Virus record (IMG/VR): IMGVR_UViG_3300045988_143923
Length of the DNA stretch: 64,000 bases
Source of the DNA: a virus
Reading direction: 5' to 3' (one strand)
Position 1 is the stretch's first letter, and every line of letters begins with the position of its first letter. The translations under genes were made by a program, and so were the position numbers. Positions 56,533 through 64,000 of this stretch are shown in pieces. A model generated the notes under the pieces. It had not been told where the DNA came from. It made no database searches and saw only the letters and a program-made list of their open reading frames with translations.

Positions 56533-56551
56533 AAATTCACCTTCCTTATAG

Positions 56552-56577
56552 CAAAAAAGCCGCGGAAAGGCGCGGCT
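56552..56577 (-). terminator. rho-independent terminator directly upstream of the tape measure start
   Basis: GCCGCG/CGCGGC hairpin plus TTTTTTGC. Confidence 0.6.
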
Positions 56578-56578
56578 A

Positions 56579-56611
56579 AAATAAAAGAAGCACCACGGAA
56601 ACGTGGTGCTT
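56579..56611 (-). terminator. rho-independent terminator after the cargo block
   Basis: GCACCACG/CGTGGTGC hairpin plus CTTTTATTTT. Confidence 0.6.
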
Positions 56612-56621
56612 GGGAATCTTC

Positions 56622-57209
56622 TTAAATTTTAGAACTGTTCTTGGGATATTTAATTTCGACCCGAGAAATTTTCGCAGTGTCTAACGCAATTTTTCGAGTG
56701 TCGTCTTCTTTGTAATCAAATATCGGTTCATCCGCATGTGATTCGCTACCCTGATATTTTTTGTAATTAGTTAAAACAATCCACTGTCGGCCATCCTCGC
56801 TTTTGTGATCTTCTGTAAAATATCCACGATAAGACACATCAGAATCACTTAGATATACGCGGAGCGTAGTTCCTTTTTCGAAGTCGGATATTGCATACCA
56901 GACATCTTCTTCGAGCGTTTTATAGAAGAATTGGTCGAGAATACATGATACAAATTCAGAATTGCGGAGAATGCCACCAACGAACCCGAAAGCAAAAGAA
57001 AATGCAAGGATTGCTAAAATACTAATTTGAGGATAAACAGAGCGAAGAACGACAGTCAGAACATAGCTCCAAATAATTGTAGTTGCGGAGAAAATATCTC
57101 TTTTAGCCGAATAGCGTGCTGTCAGTTTATATGCGAACATAAAAACAGTAGCAGGCACAAAATATACCATTATTTTGTCGAGATTTTCTAAAATATACTC
57201 AATGTTCAT
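56622..57209 (-). CDS. polytopic membrane protein with soluble C-terminal domain
   Basis: 195 aa, three to four N-terminal TM helices, AT-rich. Confidence 0.55.
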   Translation of the reverse strand: MNIEYILENLDKIMVYFVPATVFMFAYKLTARYSAKRDIFSATTIIWSYVLTVVLRSVYPQISILAILAFSFAFGFVGGILRNSEFVSCILDQFFYKTLEEDVWYAISDFEKGTTLRVYLSDSDVSYRGYFTEDHKSEDGRQWIVLTNYKKYQGSESHADEPIFDYKEDDTRKIALDTAKISRVEIKYPKNSSKI

Positions 57210-57217
57210 AGATGCTC

Positions 57218-57424
57218 CTATTCATCATCGATAGGTTTGCGACGCTTTCCACCACACACAAGGCGTGCGGGCTTTGTAAATCCACGGCGAGCATGTCGTT
57301 TGCATTGCCCTTTGAAGCATCCGTAAATACGGATATTGGAAGTCCTGCGATGATTATCGCTCATATACCAACCGTGCATATTGCTGCTGGTTCGAATTCT
57401 TCCTCTAACAGTCTTCCGTTTCAT
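57218..57424 (-). CDS. very basic small protein (uncertain)
   Basis: ATG at 57424 behind a GGCGGAG RBS. R/K-rich. It ends in TAG. Confidence 0.3.
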   Translation of the reverse strand: MKRKTVRGRIRTSSNMHGWYMSDNHRRTSNIRIYGCFKGQCKRHARRGFTKPARLVCGGKRRKPIDDE

Positions 57425-57486
57425 AATATCTCCGCCAATCTTTATTTCTGGAGACATTATACATCTTTCCGTTTCGCCTGTCTACT

Positions 57487-58677
57487 TTATTTGAACAGCT
57501 CAGCGAACAGTTTACTTGCGCTGCTTCTTACATCCTCATCAAGGTAAATGCACCCGAAGGACTTCTCGCCGCGCAGTTCATTACACATCTTTACCAGTGG
57601 ATTGTTCGCAGTTCTGTCCACTAGTGACTGACCATAATCGCCGCTCAAGAAGATACGGCTGTTCTGTCCGAGACGGGTTCCTACAAGTCGAATCTGTGCT
57701 TCAGACAAGTCTTCCGCCTCGTCCACAAGCATAATCGTGTCGTTGTAGGTTGTACCCTTCATATAATAGGGGATGTTCGTATCAAGCTGGCCGCGCTGAC
57801 GAAGAGCTTCAAGCTCAAACTCGCCGCCCTTTAGCTGCTGTTCAATCGGCAGAAAGAAGTTGCGCGTCTTGTCCTCAAGCGTACCCTTCAAATAGCCGAC
57901 CGGAGCGCCTTCACCGGCAGGCTCACGAATTCCCAACAGCTTGCTCTGGTTGCCCTTTTCGAGCACATGATATAGCCCCATCTGGGTGGTCAGAAAAGAC
58001 TTGCCGCTGCCGTAAGTGCCGAGAATTGCTACAATGTCAATATCACGGTTCATCAGCAGGTCGAGAGCACATCGCTGAAGCGAGTTCTTTCCCTTGAGAT
58101 AGCCGGACGGCGGCAAACGCAGTTCAACAAACTTCTCGCCGTCGAATCGCATTTCGCTCGTCTTGCCGGTCTCCGTGTCCGTCAGCAGAAGATACTGATT
58201 CGGGAACAGGGCAGCGGTGTCGAGCTGCTCCATGTACTGGTTGATTTCATCAGAAGTACCCGCGAACTGAACATATCCGGTATAGACATCATCCTCTACA
58301 TCAGAAGATGCTACTTCCATGTGATACAGCCCCCGCGCAATACAGCGACAGGAGAGGTCATCCGTCACGAATACAATCGGCTCTGCCGCGCGGGTCTGTG
58401 CCGCATCGTAGCAGATTAGGTAATCCGGAGAACCGTCATGCAGAGCAATAGAAGTGCTCGGAATCACCGTGGCGTAGTTTGCTACCGTATACATCTCTGG
58501 GTGACTGTCCAGTAGTCGGGTCACCTTGCGAGCCTTATGCTTGACCTCGGCATCCTTGCTGCGGCTGGTCTTGATATTCTCCAGCTCACGCAACGTCACC
58601 ATAGAGATGTAAAAAGGCTCCGCGAACGCACGTTCACCGGCGTTCAGCAGAGCACAAGTGTCATAGAATTTCTTCAT
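57487..58677 (-). CDS. phoH: PhoH-like ATPase with N-terminal PIN domain
   Basis: Walker A GTYGSGKSF, Walker B MLVDEAEDL, and a PIN-like N-terminus. Confidence 0.85.
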   Translation of the reverse strand: MKKFYDTCALLNAGERAFAEPFYISMVTLRELENIKTSRSKDAEVKHKARKVTRLLDSHPEMYTVANYATVIPSTSIALHDGSPDYLICYDAAQTRAAEPIVFVTDDLSCRCIARGLYHMEVASSDVEDDVYTGYVQFAGTSDEINQYMEQLDTAALFPNQYLLLTDTETGKTSEMRFDGEKFVELRLPPSGYLKGKNSLQRCALDLLMNRDIDIVAILGTYGSGKSFLTTQMGLYHVLEKGNQSKLLGIREPAGEGAPVGYLKGTLEDKTRNFFLPIEQQLKGGEFELEALRQRGQLDTNIPYYMKGTTYNDTIMLVDEAEDLSEAQIRLVGTRLGQNSRIFLSGDYGQSLVDRTANNPLVKMCNELRGEKSFGCIYLDEDVRSSASKLFAELFK

Positions 58678-59258
58678 GCGCCAATTACCTCATCCACAAG
58701 ACCATACTTGAGCATATCATCCGAGTCCATGTACCACTCGTAGCGTTCCATGCGTTCGTATTCATCCTCCGTGATCTTGGAATGAGAGAGTGTGTAGTCG
58801 CGAAGACGCTGTTCAAAGCGTTCCGTAAACTTAAACGTATCCTTCACCGATGAGCTCGTGCCTTCCATATAACTGGAGCCACCGTGCAGCAGGGCAGTAG
58901 AGTGCTTGAAGCACTTCTTGGTTACGTTTGGGTTACTGTATCCGGCCATCAGAAAATAGCCGCCCATCGAATAGGCGTGGCCGGTCACCAAAATGGTTGT
59001 CGGAGTCTTGAGATTGTCAATAATATCACAAAGAGGCATGCCGTCAAACAGCGAGCCGCCACAGGTGTTCAGTACAATCGTGATTGGCTTGCCACTGCCG
59101 TCGTTGTCCATCTCCAGCAAGGGGAGCATAACACTCTCGACAATGCGGTCGTCAACCTCATCGTTGAATACGATGCGGCGATCCTGCAAACCCTTAAAAT
59201 ACTGATAGGTGGACGGGTCCATTGCGTCTTTTGCAATATTCTCCAGAAAAAGTTCCAT
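58674..59258 (-). CDS. clpP: ClpP-family serine protease
   Basis: LNTCGGSLFDGMPLCDII...GHAYSMGGYFLMAG matches the ClpP active-site region. Confidence 0.8.
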   Translation of the reverse strand: MELFLENIAKDAMDPSTYQYFKGLQDRRIVFNDEVDDRIVESVMLPLLEMDNDGSGKPITIVLNTCGGSLFDGMPLCDIIDNLKTPTTILVTGHAYSMGGYFLMAGYSNPNVTKKCFKHSTALLHGGSSYMEGTSSSVKDTFKFTERFEQRLRDYTLSHSKITEDEYERMERYEWYMDSDDMLKYGLVDEVIGA

Positions 59259-59320
59259 TTATGGTCTCCTTAAATTTTGAAAGATTTTTGAGCGAATGCT
59301 CATTAGTGTGAGGGAATCCC

Positions 59321-59758
59321 TCAAATGTTGGCTAAAAAGCCGGCGCGAACCACAGAAATAAGCTCGCTGGAACCGTTAAGGTCTGCAACCGCAGCGTCAT
59401 AGAATTTACGCGGGTGCATCCATGGGTAATCTGCATTGTTAAATACGTTCGGCGCACCAGTGTCGTTAATCATCTGGGCGAAATATCCGGGGCCCGGAGG
59501 GCTGCCGCTCCTCTGCGGTGTGTTTGCAGAGCTGATATCATAAATGCGAAGATTGTACCCACTTGGGATGAGTGCAAACGTAGTGCCAAGCGTATTTCGA
59601 CGGGAATACATAACAGGTGAGTAACTGCCGTAAACAACTTCCTGTGCTTTTTCTCGAATTTTATGCTCAACCAGCGTTGCAACCTGATTGCGTAGGGTTA
59701 CTTGTGCCGATCTCTTAGCAGCAGCTTCCAGAGCTGCAAGACTCTTAAAGGTTTTCAT
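59321..59758 (-). CDS. hypothetical protein
   Basis: 145-aa ORF. Confidence 0.45.
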   Translation of the reverse strand: MKTFKSLAALEAAAKRSAQVTLRNQVATLVEHKIREKAQEVVYGSYSPVMYSRRNTLGTTFALIPSGYNLRIYDISSANTPQRSGSPPGPGYFAQMINDTGAPNVFNNADYPWMHPRKFYDAAVADLNGSSELISVVRAGFLANI

Positions 59759-59772
59759 AAGTCAGCCTCCAA

Positions 59773-60780
59773 TCACTTTTCGGCTTCTTCTGCCTCCGCA
59801 GCGCGTTTGTTTTCAAAGAACTTGCTCAGTCGCTCGCTGGCTGGCACATCGTTATAAACCTGTACCATCGCGCTGTTCGCCCAGCCGACCACATCGGTAA
59901 TATCGCTCTCAGACATACCGTCACGCACCAGATTGGACACAAAAAGGTGCCGCATAGAGTGCCAGTAGAACGGCTTAACCGTGAATCGGTCAATCGTCTG
60001 TGCCCAGCTGTTCAAAGTCTCGGCCGAAGCCTGCTCGTAACCCTTATCGGTTTTGGTCACGAACAGCCATTCGCTGTTAATGCTGAGGTCTTTACGCTGC
60101 TGTAACCAGCGTTTCAGGTACGGGTCAAATCCTGATTTTATAACGTAGCAGTCGATCATCTTCGCACCCTTGGTCAAAACCTTCTCGGGAGTGCAGTAAA
60201 AATAGTCAAAAACCACGTTTTCAGGCTTAAACCAGTCCACTTTGAATCGAGTCAGTTCAGCCTTTCGGCGACCGCTGTAGACTGCCAGAGCGAGAGCACA
60301 GGCAATCTGAAACTTGCCCGCCTCAGTCAGTTTCTGCAGAATAACCTCCATCTCCTCGGTGGAGAAGACGCTCTTCTCACGGACAGGCGTATTCTGTGGG
60401 TTCTCAATCTTGCGGATGATCGGACGGAAGTCCTCGTATTCATCGTCAAGGATGTTCTCGATGTAGTTCGAGAGAGAAGAAAGCGCCGCCTTTACACGGC
60501 GCACACGGGCAGGGGAGTTGCCGTTCTCGTTGATGAGCCAGTTCTGTAGAGAAACAATCTCTCGCTTTTTCAAATCAATGAACGACTTATTTCCGCAGTG
60601 CTGGAGCACATAAGTGAATACGATAAGCAGGTCGCTCTTGTATCCTTTAATCGTGCCTTCACTGCGTTTTAGAGAACGAAGATACTCCAGAAAATCATTC
60701 ATCAACTGAATGTTCTCCGGATTTATCTGCTTCGTCAGCTCCGGAGAGGTCAGCTTGTTCATCTGTGTCTGGCGTCCCAT
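59773..60780 (-). CDS. tyrosine recombinase (XerC/D-phage integrase family), second copy in the window
   Basis: ATG at 60780 behind a GGAAAGGAGGGTGAAG RBS. Has SAM-like N-terminal and WHSMRHLFVSNL...VGWANSAMVQVY motifs. Confidence 0.8.
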   Translation of the reverse strand: MGRQTQMNKLTSPELTKQINPENIQLMNDFLEYLRSLKRSEGTIKGYKSDLLIVFTYVLQHCGNKSFIDLKKREIVSLQNWLINENGNSPARVRRVKAALSSLSNYIENILDDEYEDFRPIIRKIENPQNTPVREKSVFSTEEMEVILQKLTEAGKFQIACALALAVYSGRRKAELTRFKVDWFKPENVVFDYFYCTPEKVLTKGAKMIDCYVIKSGFDPYLKRWLQQRKDLSINSEWLFVTKTDKGYEQASAETLNSWAQTIDRFTVKPFYWHSMRHLFVSNLVRDGMSESDITDVVGWANSAMVQVYNDVPASERLSKFFENKRAAEAEEAEK

Positions 60781-61360
60781 CTTCACCCTCCTTTCCGAAA
60801 AGGCCGTAGACGAGGTTGTCTGCTGTGGAATCATCCAGTGTGCCGGACAGCAGTGCCTTCGCAGTATCAACATCAATGCCGGTAATCACATTCTTCAGAC
60901 CACTCATCAGGTCAGTCGCCGCGTCTGCGATACGGTCAAACGGGTTAGACTGGGTCATTGCCTGCATCAGTACCAACTCGGTATCAATCGCGGCGTTAAT
61001 CTGCTTGTAACAAGCCTCTTCCAGCTCAGCCAGTTTATCCTCGCCGATAACCTCTGCAATCAGAGTATAGATATCGGTCTTGTACAGCAGAGCAGCTTCA
61101 AAGCCACCATCCAGTGAGATATGCAGGTCAGTGCAAATCTTCACGACAGCGGAGCGGAAAGCCCAGTCAACCAGACCAAAATTGCGGCCGTCACCGTCAT
61201 CAATATGCTGGCCGACCTCATTTACAATAGTCGCACGCATCTTCGGGGTAATCAGCGGCTTAATCTTGATTGGAATAATGGTCTCGCCGATAGTGAGATC
61301 CTTGGTTACAGACTCTACATACGGAGTCAGAGCCGCCATAATATCAGTCTTCTTGGACAT
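60695..61360 (-). CDS. hypothetical protein with acidic C-terminal tail
   Basis: 221-aa ORF. Its 3' end overlaps the recombinase start by 86 nt. Confidence 0.5.
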   Translation of the reverse strand: MSKKTDIMAALTPYVESVTKDLTIGETIIPIKIKPLITPKMRATIVNEVGQHIDDGDGRNFGLVDWAFRSAVVKICTDLHISLDGGFEAALLYKTDIYTLIAEVIGEDKLAELEEACYKQINAAIDTELVLMQAMTQSNPFDRIADAATDLMSGLKNVITGIDVDTAKALLSGTLDDSTADNLVYGLFGKEGEDGTPDTDEQADLSGADEADKSGEHSVDE

Positions 61361-61844
61361 TTTTCTTTTGTTCCTCCAAATTTTTAAGATACGCCAACGC
61401 GATGCAAAGCGCGTCAGCTTCGTCCGTTTCCACGGACAAGTTATAGGTTTCGCGAATCAGGTCGATAGCCTGTTGTTTCAGATTTTCGCGAGTGACGCGC
61501 CCTTGCTTAAAGCCGAGCACCTTGCGCCACTGGGTAGGCAGGTAAATCGTTACGGGAACCTGAAAAATGTGACAGTATCCCAGAATGACACCCTGCAGTC
61601 GGGCAAGAACAATAAGCGCCTGCGCCGACTTCATGTACATAACATCCTCGACAACCACTTGGTCGGGCTTGTATTTTGTGATGACATCACGGATAGCAAG
61701 ACACATCTCCGTAAAGCGTATACTGCCGTCTTTCTGGCTGTGCAAGTCGATCATTCCGTGACGGACATATTTACCGTCATCAAAAACAGCCCAGCCGGTT
61801 ATCAAGGTTGATTGGTCAAAACTTAATACGCGCATTGGATTCAC
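61344..61844 (-). CDS. ruvC: RuvC-like Holliday junction resolvase
   Basis: MRVLSFDQST...VVVEDV...ETDEADALCIALAY acidic catalytic pattern. Confidence 0.75.
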   Translation of the reverse strand: MNPMRVLSFDQSTLITGWAVFDDGKYVRHGMIDLHSQKDGSIRFTEMCLAIRDVITKYKPDQVVVEDVMYMKSAQALIVLARLQGVILGYCHIFQVPVTIYLPTQWRKVLGFKQGRVTRENLKQQAIDLIRETYNLSVETDEADALCIALAYLKNLEEQKKNVQED

Positions 61845-62674
61845 TCAACCTTATCCAATACACGCGCAATGACCGCTGCGAGTTCCTCTCGGGTTACAGC
61901 AGCCTTTGGTCGGAACTTCCCGTTCGCGTCTCCCTGCATAATGCCGGATACAACCATCTTCTCAACACAGGGTCGTGCCCAGATTGCAATCTCGTTCTGG
62001 TCGGCCAGCTTCGCGAGCGGGTCTTCTTTCAGATATACACAGAACACATTGTCAACCGGTCGGTTTTCAATCGGCGTATTCATAACCTTGTTCTCGTGCA
62101 TCTTGCGAACAGAGCCGCCGCCATCGAGGTTCATCGCATACTGGGCATCGTATTCAACGAAGATTTTCGCCATCTCGGCAAACTTCATGCCCGGTTTGTC
62201 TACCGTCAGGATGAGAAGCGTTCCATCCTCACGAACACCCACCGCCGAGCGCAAGGTTAAATAATTGAGGCTGGAAGCATTGCCGTAAACGGTATTTACC
62301 TTGCCGTTAATGACGAGCATAGGGTAGGCAGTCATGAAATACTTCCACTTCTGCGCCTTGTCAGTTCCGTATACCAGTTTTGCCGGGTCACCGCCAAGCA
62401 CACCCATACCTGTAAATCCATTCTGGTAGTTCTGTTCCTCGCCGTCGCAGACAAAGGACATAACGTTATGCCCGGTAGACATATTGAAAAGACCGCCGTT
62501 AATCATAATCTGCGGTTTCTTTTTCTTGCTGGAATAGTAACTGCCGAGTGTCTCTTTCGGGTCGGCGCATTTTTCAAAAGCCACAGCCTCAATCGAGCTG
62601 TGCGGCACGATGTCAAGCTGTGTGTAGCTGTTGATCTTTACCGTCTGAAACGGTTTATGATCGATTAAAGCCAT
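61841..62674 (-). CDS. phosphodiester glycosidase (NAGPA-like) with C-terminal SLH domain
   Basis: YAMNLDGGGS motif. The C-terminus is WARPCVEKMVVSGIMQGDANGKFRPKAAVTREELAAVIARVL. Confidence 0.75.
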   Translation of the reverse strand: MALIDHKPFQTVKINSYTQLDIVPHSSIEAVAFEKCADPKETLGSYYSSKKKKPQIMINGGLFNMSTGHNVMSFVCDGEEQNYQNGFTGMGVLGGDPAKLVYGTDKAQKWKYFMTAYPMLVINGKVNTVYGNASSLNYLTLRSAVGVREDGTLLILTVDKPGMKFAEMAKIFVEYDAQYAMNLDGGGSVRKMHENKVMNTPIENRPVDNVFCVYLKEDPLAKLADQNEIAIWARPCVEKMVVSGIMQGDANGKFRPKAAVTREELAAVIARVLDKVE

Positions 62675-62744
62675 TCGCGTTCGCCTCCATTCAAAAAATT
62701 TTCGTTTTATTTGCGAAATGTAAAGAAACCGAGGACAAAAACGG

Positions 62745-63026
62745 TCATTCCTCGGTTAATACACTCACATCCGCGTCATATACATCCTCAGCAGGACGCG
62801 AATCCTCATAGGTGATGGTCGGAGTCTCCGCGATAACGGGAGTTTCTACGACCGGTTCCTTCGCCGCAGCTTCAGCGGCTTTGCGTGCGCGAACAGTGTC
62901 TACCCAGATATTCCAGCATTCGGGCGAGCATGCTACAGCACGCCAGCTGCCGATCTGTTCACACTTCTCGCAATGGTGATACTTTTTACCGCAGACTTTG
63001 CAGACTGCGTTCAGATATTCAGCCAT
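62745..63026 (-). CDS. small zinc-ribbon protein
   Basis: CKVCGKKYHHCEKC...CSPEC motif. Confidence 0.5.
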   Translation of the reverse strand: MAEYLNAVCKVCGKKYHHCEKCEQIGSWRAVACSPECWNIWVDTVRARKAAEAAAKEPVVETPVIAETPTITYEDSRPAEDVYDADVSVLTEE

Positions 63027-63050
63027 AATAGTTTCCTTTCTTATTTAATG

Positions 63051-63126
63051 TGGCACGAGTGCTTCGAGTCGAACGAAGATCGGAGAATTTTGGAGATTCC
63101 CAGTTTCCCAATTAGCCTACACTCGC
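63051..63126 (-). tRNA. tRNA-Trp (anticodon CCA)
   Basis: Hand-folded 76-nt cloverleaf. Anticodon loop CUCCAAA, T arm CTTCG-TTCGACT-CGAAG, encoded CCA. There is one C-A mismatch in the D stem and a G1-U72 pair. Confidence 0.8.
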
Positions 63127-63129
63127 ATG

Positions 63130-63222
63130 TGGCAGAGATGGTTGGATTCGAACCAACGAGCGAGAGCGTTACCTCTCTTGGCGGAGTCAAATTCCGCTGC
63201 CTTACCGCTTGGCCACACCTCT
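63130..63222 (-). tRNA. tRNA-Gln (anticodon UUG) with an 18-nt hairpin inserted in the variable loop
   Basis: 93 nt. It has the Gln-type D arm GCCAAGCGGTAAGGC, anticodon stem-loop GCGGA-AUUUGAC-UCCGC, T arm GTTGG-TTCGAAT-CCAAC and G73-CCA. The variable region is CAAGAGAGGTAACGCTCTCGCTC. Confidence 0.7.
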
Positions 63223-63266
63223 GTATAAAAAGGGAGGCTCGAAAGCCTCCCGATGAATCAGATAAC

Positions 63267-64000
63267 TTAGGCTACCAGATAGATGTTCCAGAGGGTCTTG
63301 TCCTTGGCACATACGTCGGTCAGAGTCTTAGCGCTGAACGCATGAACAGCCGGCTCGTCACCGATATCCAGAGTGTAGTTGCCGTCGATCTTAGCCTTCG
63401 GAATCTCGAGGATTGCATGGTGCTTGATGTTCTCGTCGCACTTCTCAGCAACAGTGCAGTCAACCAGAATGCGTGCATTCTTAGAGAAGTTGTCTGCGAT
63501 GTTGGAAATCTTGCGGCCCTCGGTGATCTCGTGGTCATAAGCAACGTAGATCTCGGAACCCTTCTTCAGATCATCAGCTGCGAAGGTGATGGTCTTCTCT
63601 GCAGCATTAACAGTGAAGGACTTGCCCTTAACCGGAGTCTCAGCAACAACAGTGTACTCAGCACCCTGCGTGCCATCGCTTGCAACCAGCCAGATGCGCT
63701 TAACCTCAGCACCCTCAACGCCTACCGGAACGTAGGACAGCTTAGCGGTGGTGTCGGTGTCCAGCTCAACGCGCTCGAAGTTCGGAACCTGAATCTTGTT
63801 GTCCTCAGATGCCTCTTCAATGTCAGTACCAGCCTGAGCAGCCAGCAGACCAGCTACGAGGAATGCGTTGTTCCAAGTAATCGTTGCAGCCTTGTTACGG
63901 TCGAGGGAAGCGAGCAGCATGCCCATCTTACCGGTAACATCGCTGGAATCAACGGTGTTTTCCAGAGAACCATCCTTAATCTGGTCGCACAGTGCATACA
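63267..64000 (-). CDS. phage structural protein, 5'-partial (possibly major tail/tube protein)
   Basis: The ORF is open to the window edge and has highly expressed-type codon usage. The function is guessed from position only. Confidence 0.45.
   Translation of the reverse strand, partial: YALCDQIKDGSLENTVDSSDVTGKMGMLLASLDRNKAATITWNNAFLVAGLLAAQAGTDIEEASEDNKIQVPNFERVELDTDTTAKLSYVPVGVEGAEVKRIWLVASDGTQGAEYTVVAETPVKGKSFTVNAAEKTITFAADDLKKGSEIYVAYDHEITEGRKISNIADNFSKNARILVDCTVAEKCDENIKHHAILEIPKAKIDGNYTLDIGDEPAVHAFSAKTLTDVCAKDKTLWNIYLVA

Noticed and set aside
63130-63222. First reading of the 93-nt tRNA as a Ser/Leu/Tyr/Sec-type (class II) tRNA or a stop-codon suppressor.
   Set aside because: The anticodon is unambiguously UUG, not CUA, UUA or UCA. 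The D arm, anticodon stem-loop and T arm match tRNA-Gln. It is better described as tRNA-Gln with an inserted variable-arm hairpin.
1-64000. Prophage boundaries or flanking host genes.
   Set aside because: Every identifiable gene is phage-like. The integrase lies internally between the two arms, so no attL/attR or host junction can be called from this window.

Overview
The whole window is phage DNA with no recognisable host genes. It looks like a large temperate, long-tailed phage of a Gram-positive, probably clostridial, host. SLH-type wall-binding modules on two phage enzymes point to a host with an S-layer. Layout: (i) 1-24.7 kb, + strand, holds densely packed early genes. These include an ADP-ribosylglycohydrolase, a PARG-like macrodomain, many small zinc-ribbon proteins and two lipoproteins. 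A replication/recombination block follows (HD hydrolase, Rad52-like annealase, SSB, Cas4-like nuclease, DnaB, DnaG, DnaE), then nucleotide metabolism (ThyX, dNMP kinase, intron-split NrdD, dUTPase). (ii) 25.0-27.4 kb is an AT-rich integration module (xis-like HTH, tyrosine integrase, MobC-like gene, TTTGATACAT repeats). (iii) 27.4-64 kb, - strand, holds late genes: lysis cassette, fibre/baseplate genes with tandem BNR-propeller paralogues, Tal, Dit, a giant tape measure gene, a non-structural cargo block (PhoH, ClpP, second recombinase, RuvC, SLH-glycosidase), two tRNAs and a partial structural gene. Main surprises read directly from the sequence: (1) the tape measure gene is interrupted by six group I introns in under 3 kb, leaving 23-nt and 35-nt micro-exons, and one intron carries a promoter-equipped lipoprotein gene. 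(2) nrdD carries a seventh group I intron with an HNH homing endonuclease. (3) Two otherwise intact genes contain in-frame TAG codons, while TAG is almost never used as a terminator. (4) One tRNA has a tRNA-Gln(UUG) body with an 18-nt hairpin inserted in the variable loop. (5) The conserved N-terminus of DnaE lies upstream of any canonical start codon. (6) A + strand, promoter-to-terminator three-gene cassette of unknown function sits inside the tail operon. All functional calls rest on motif recognition by eye, and no database search was run.
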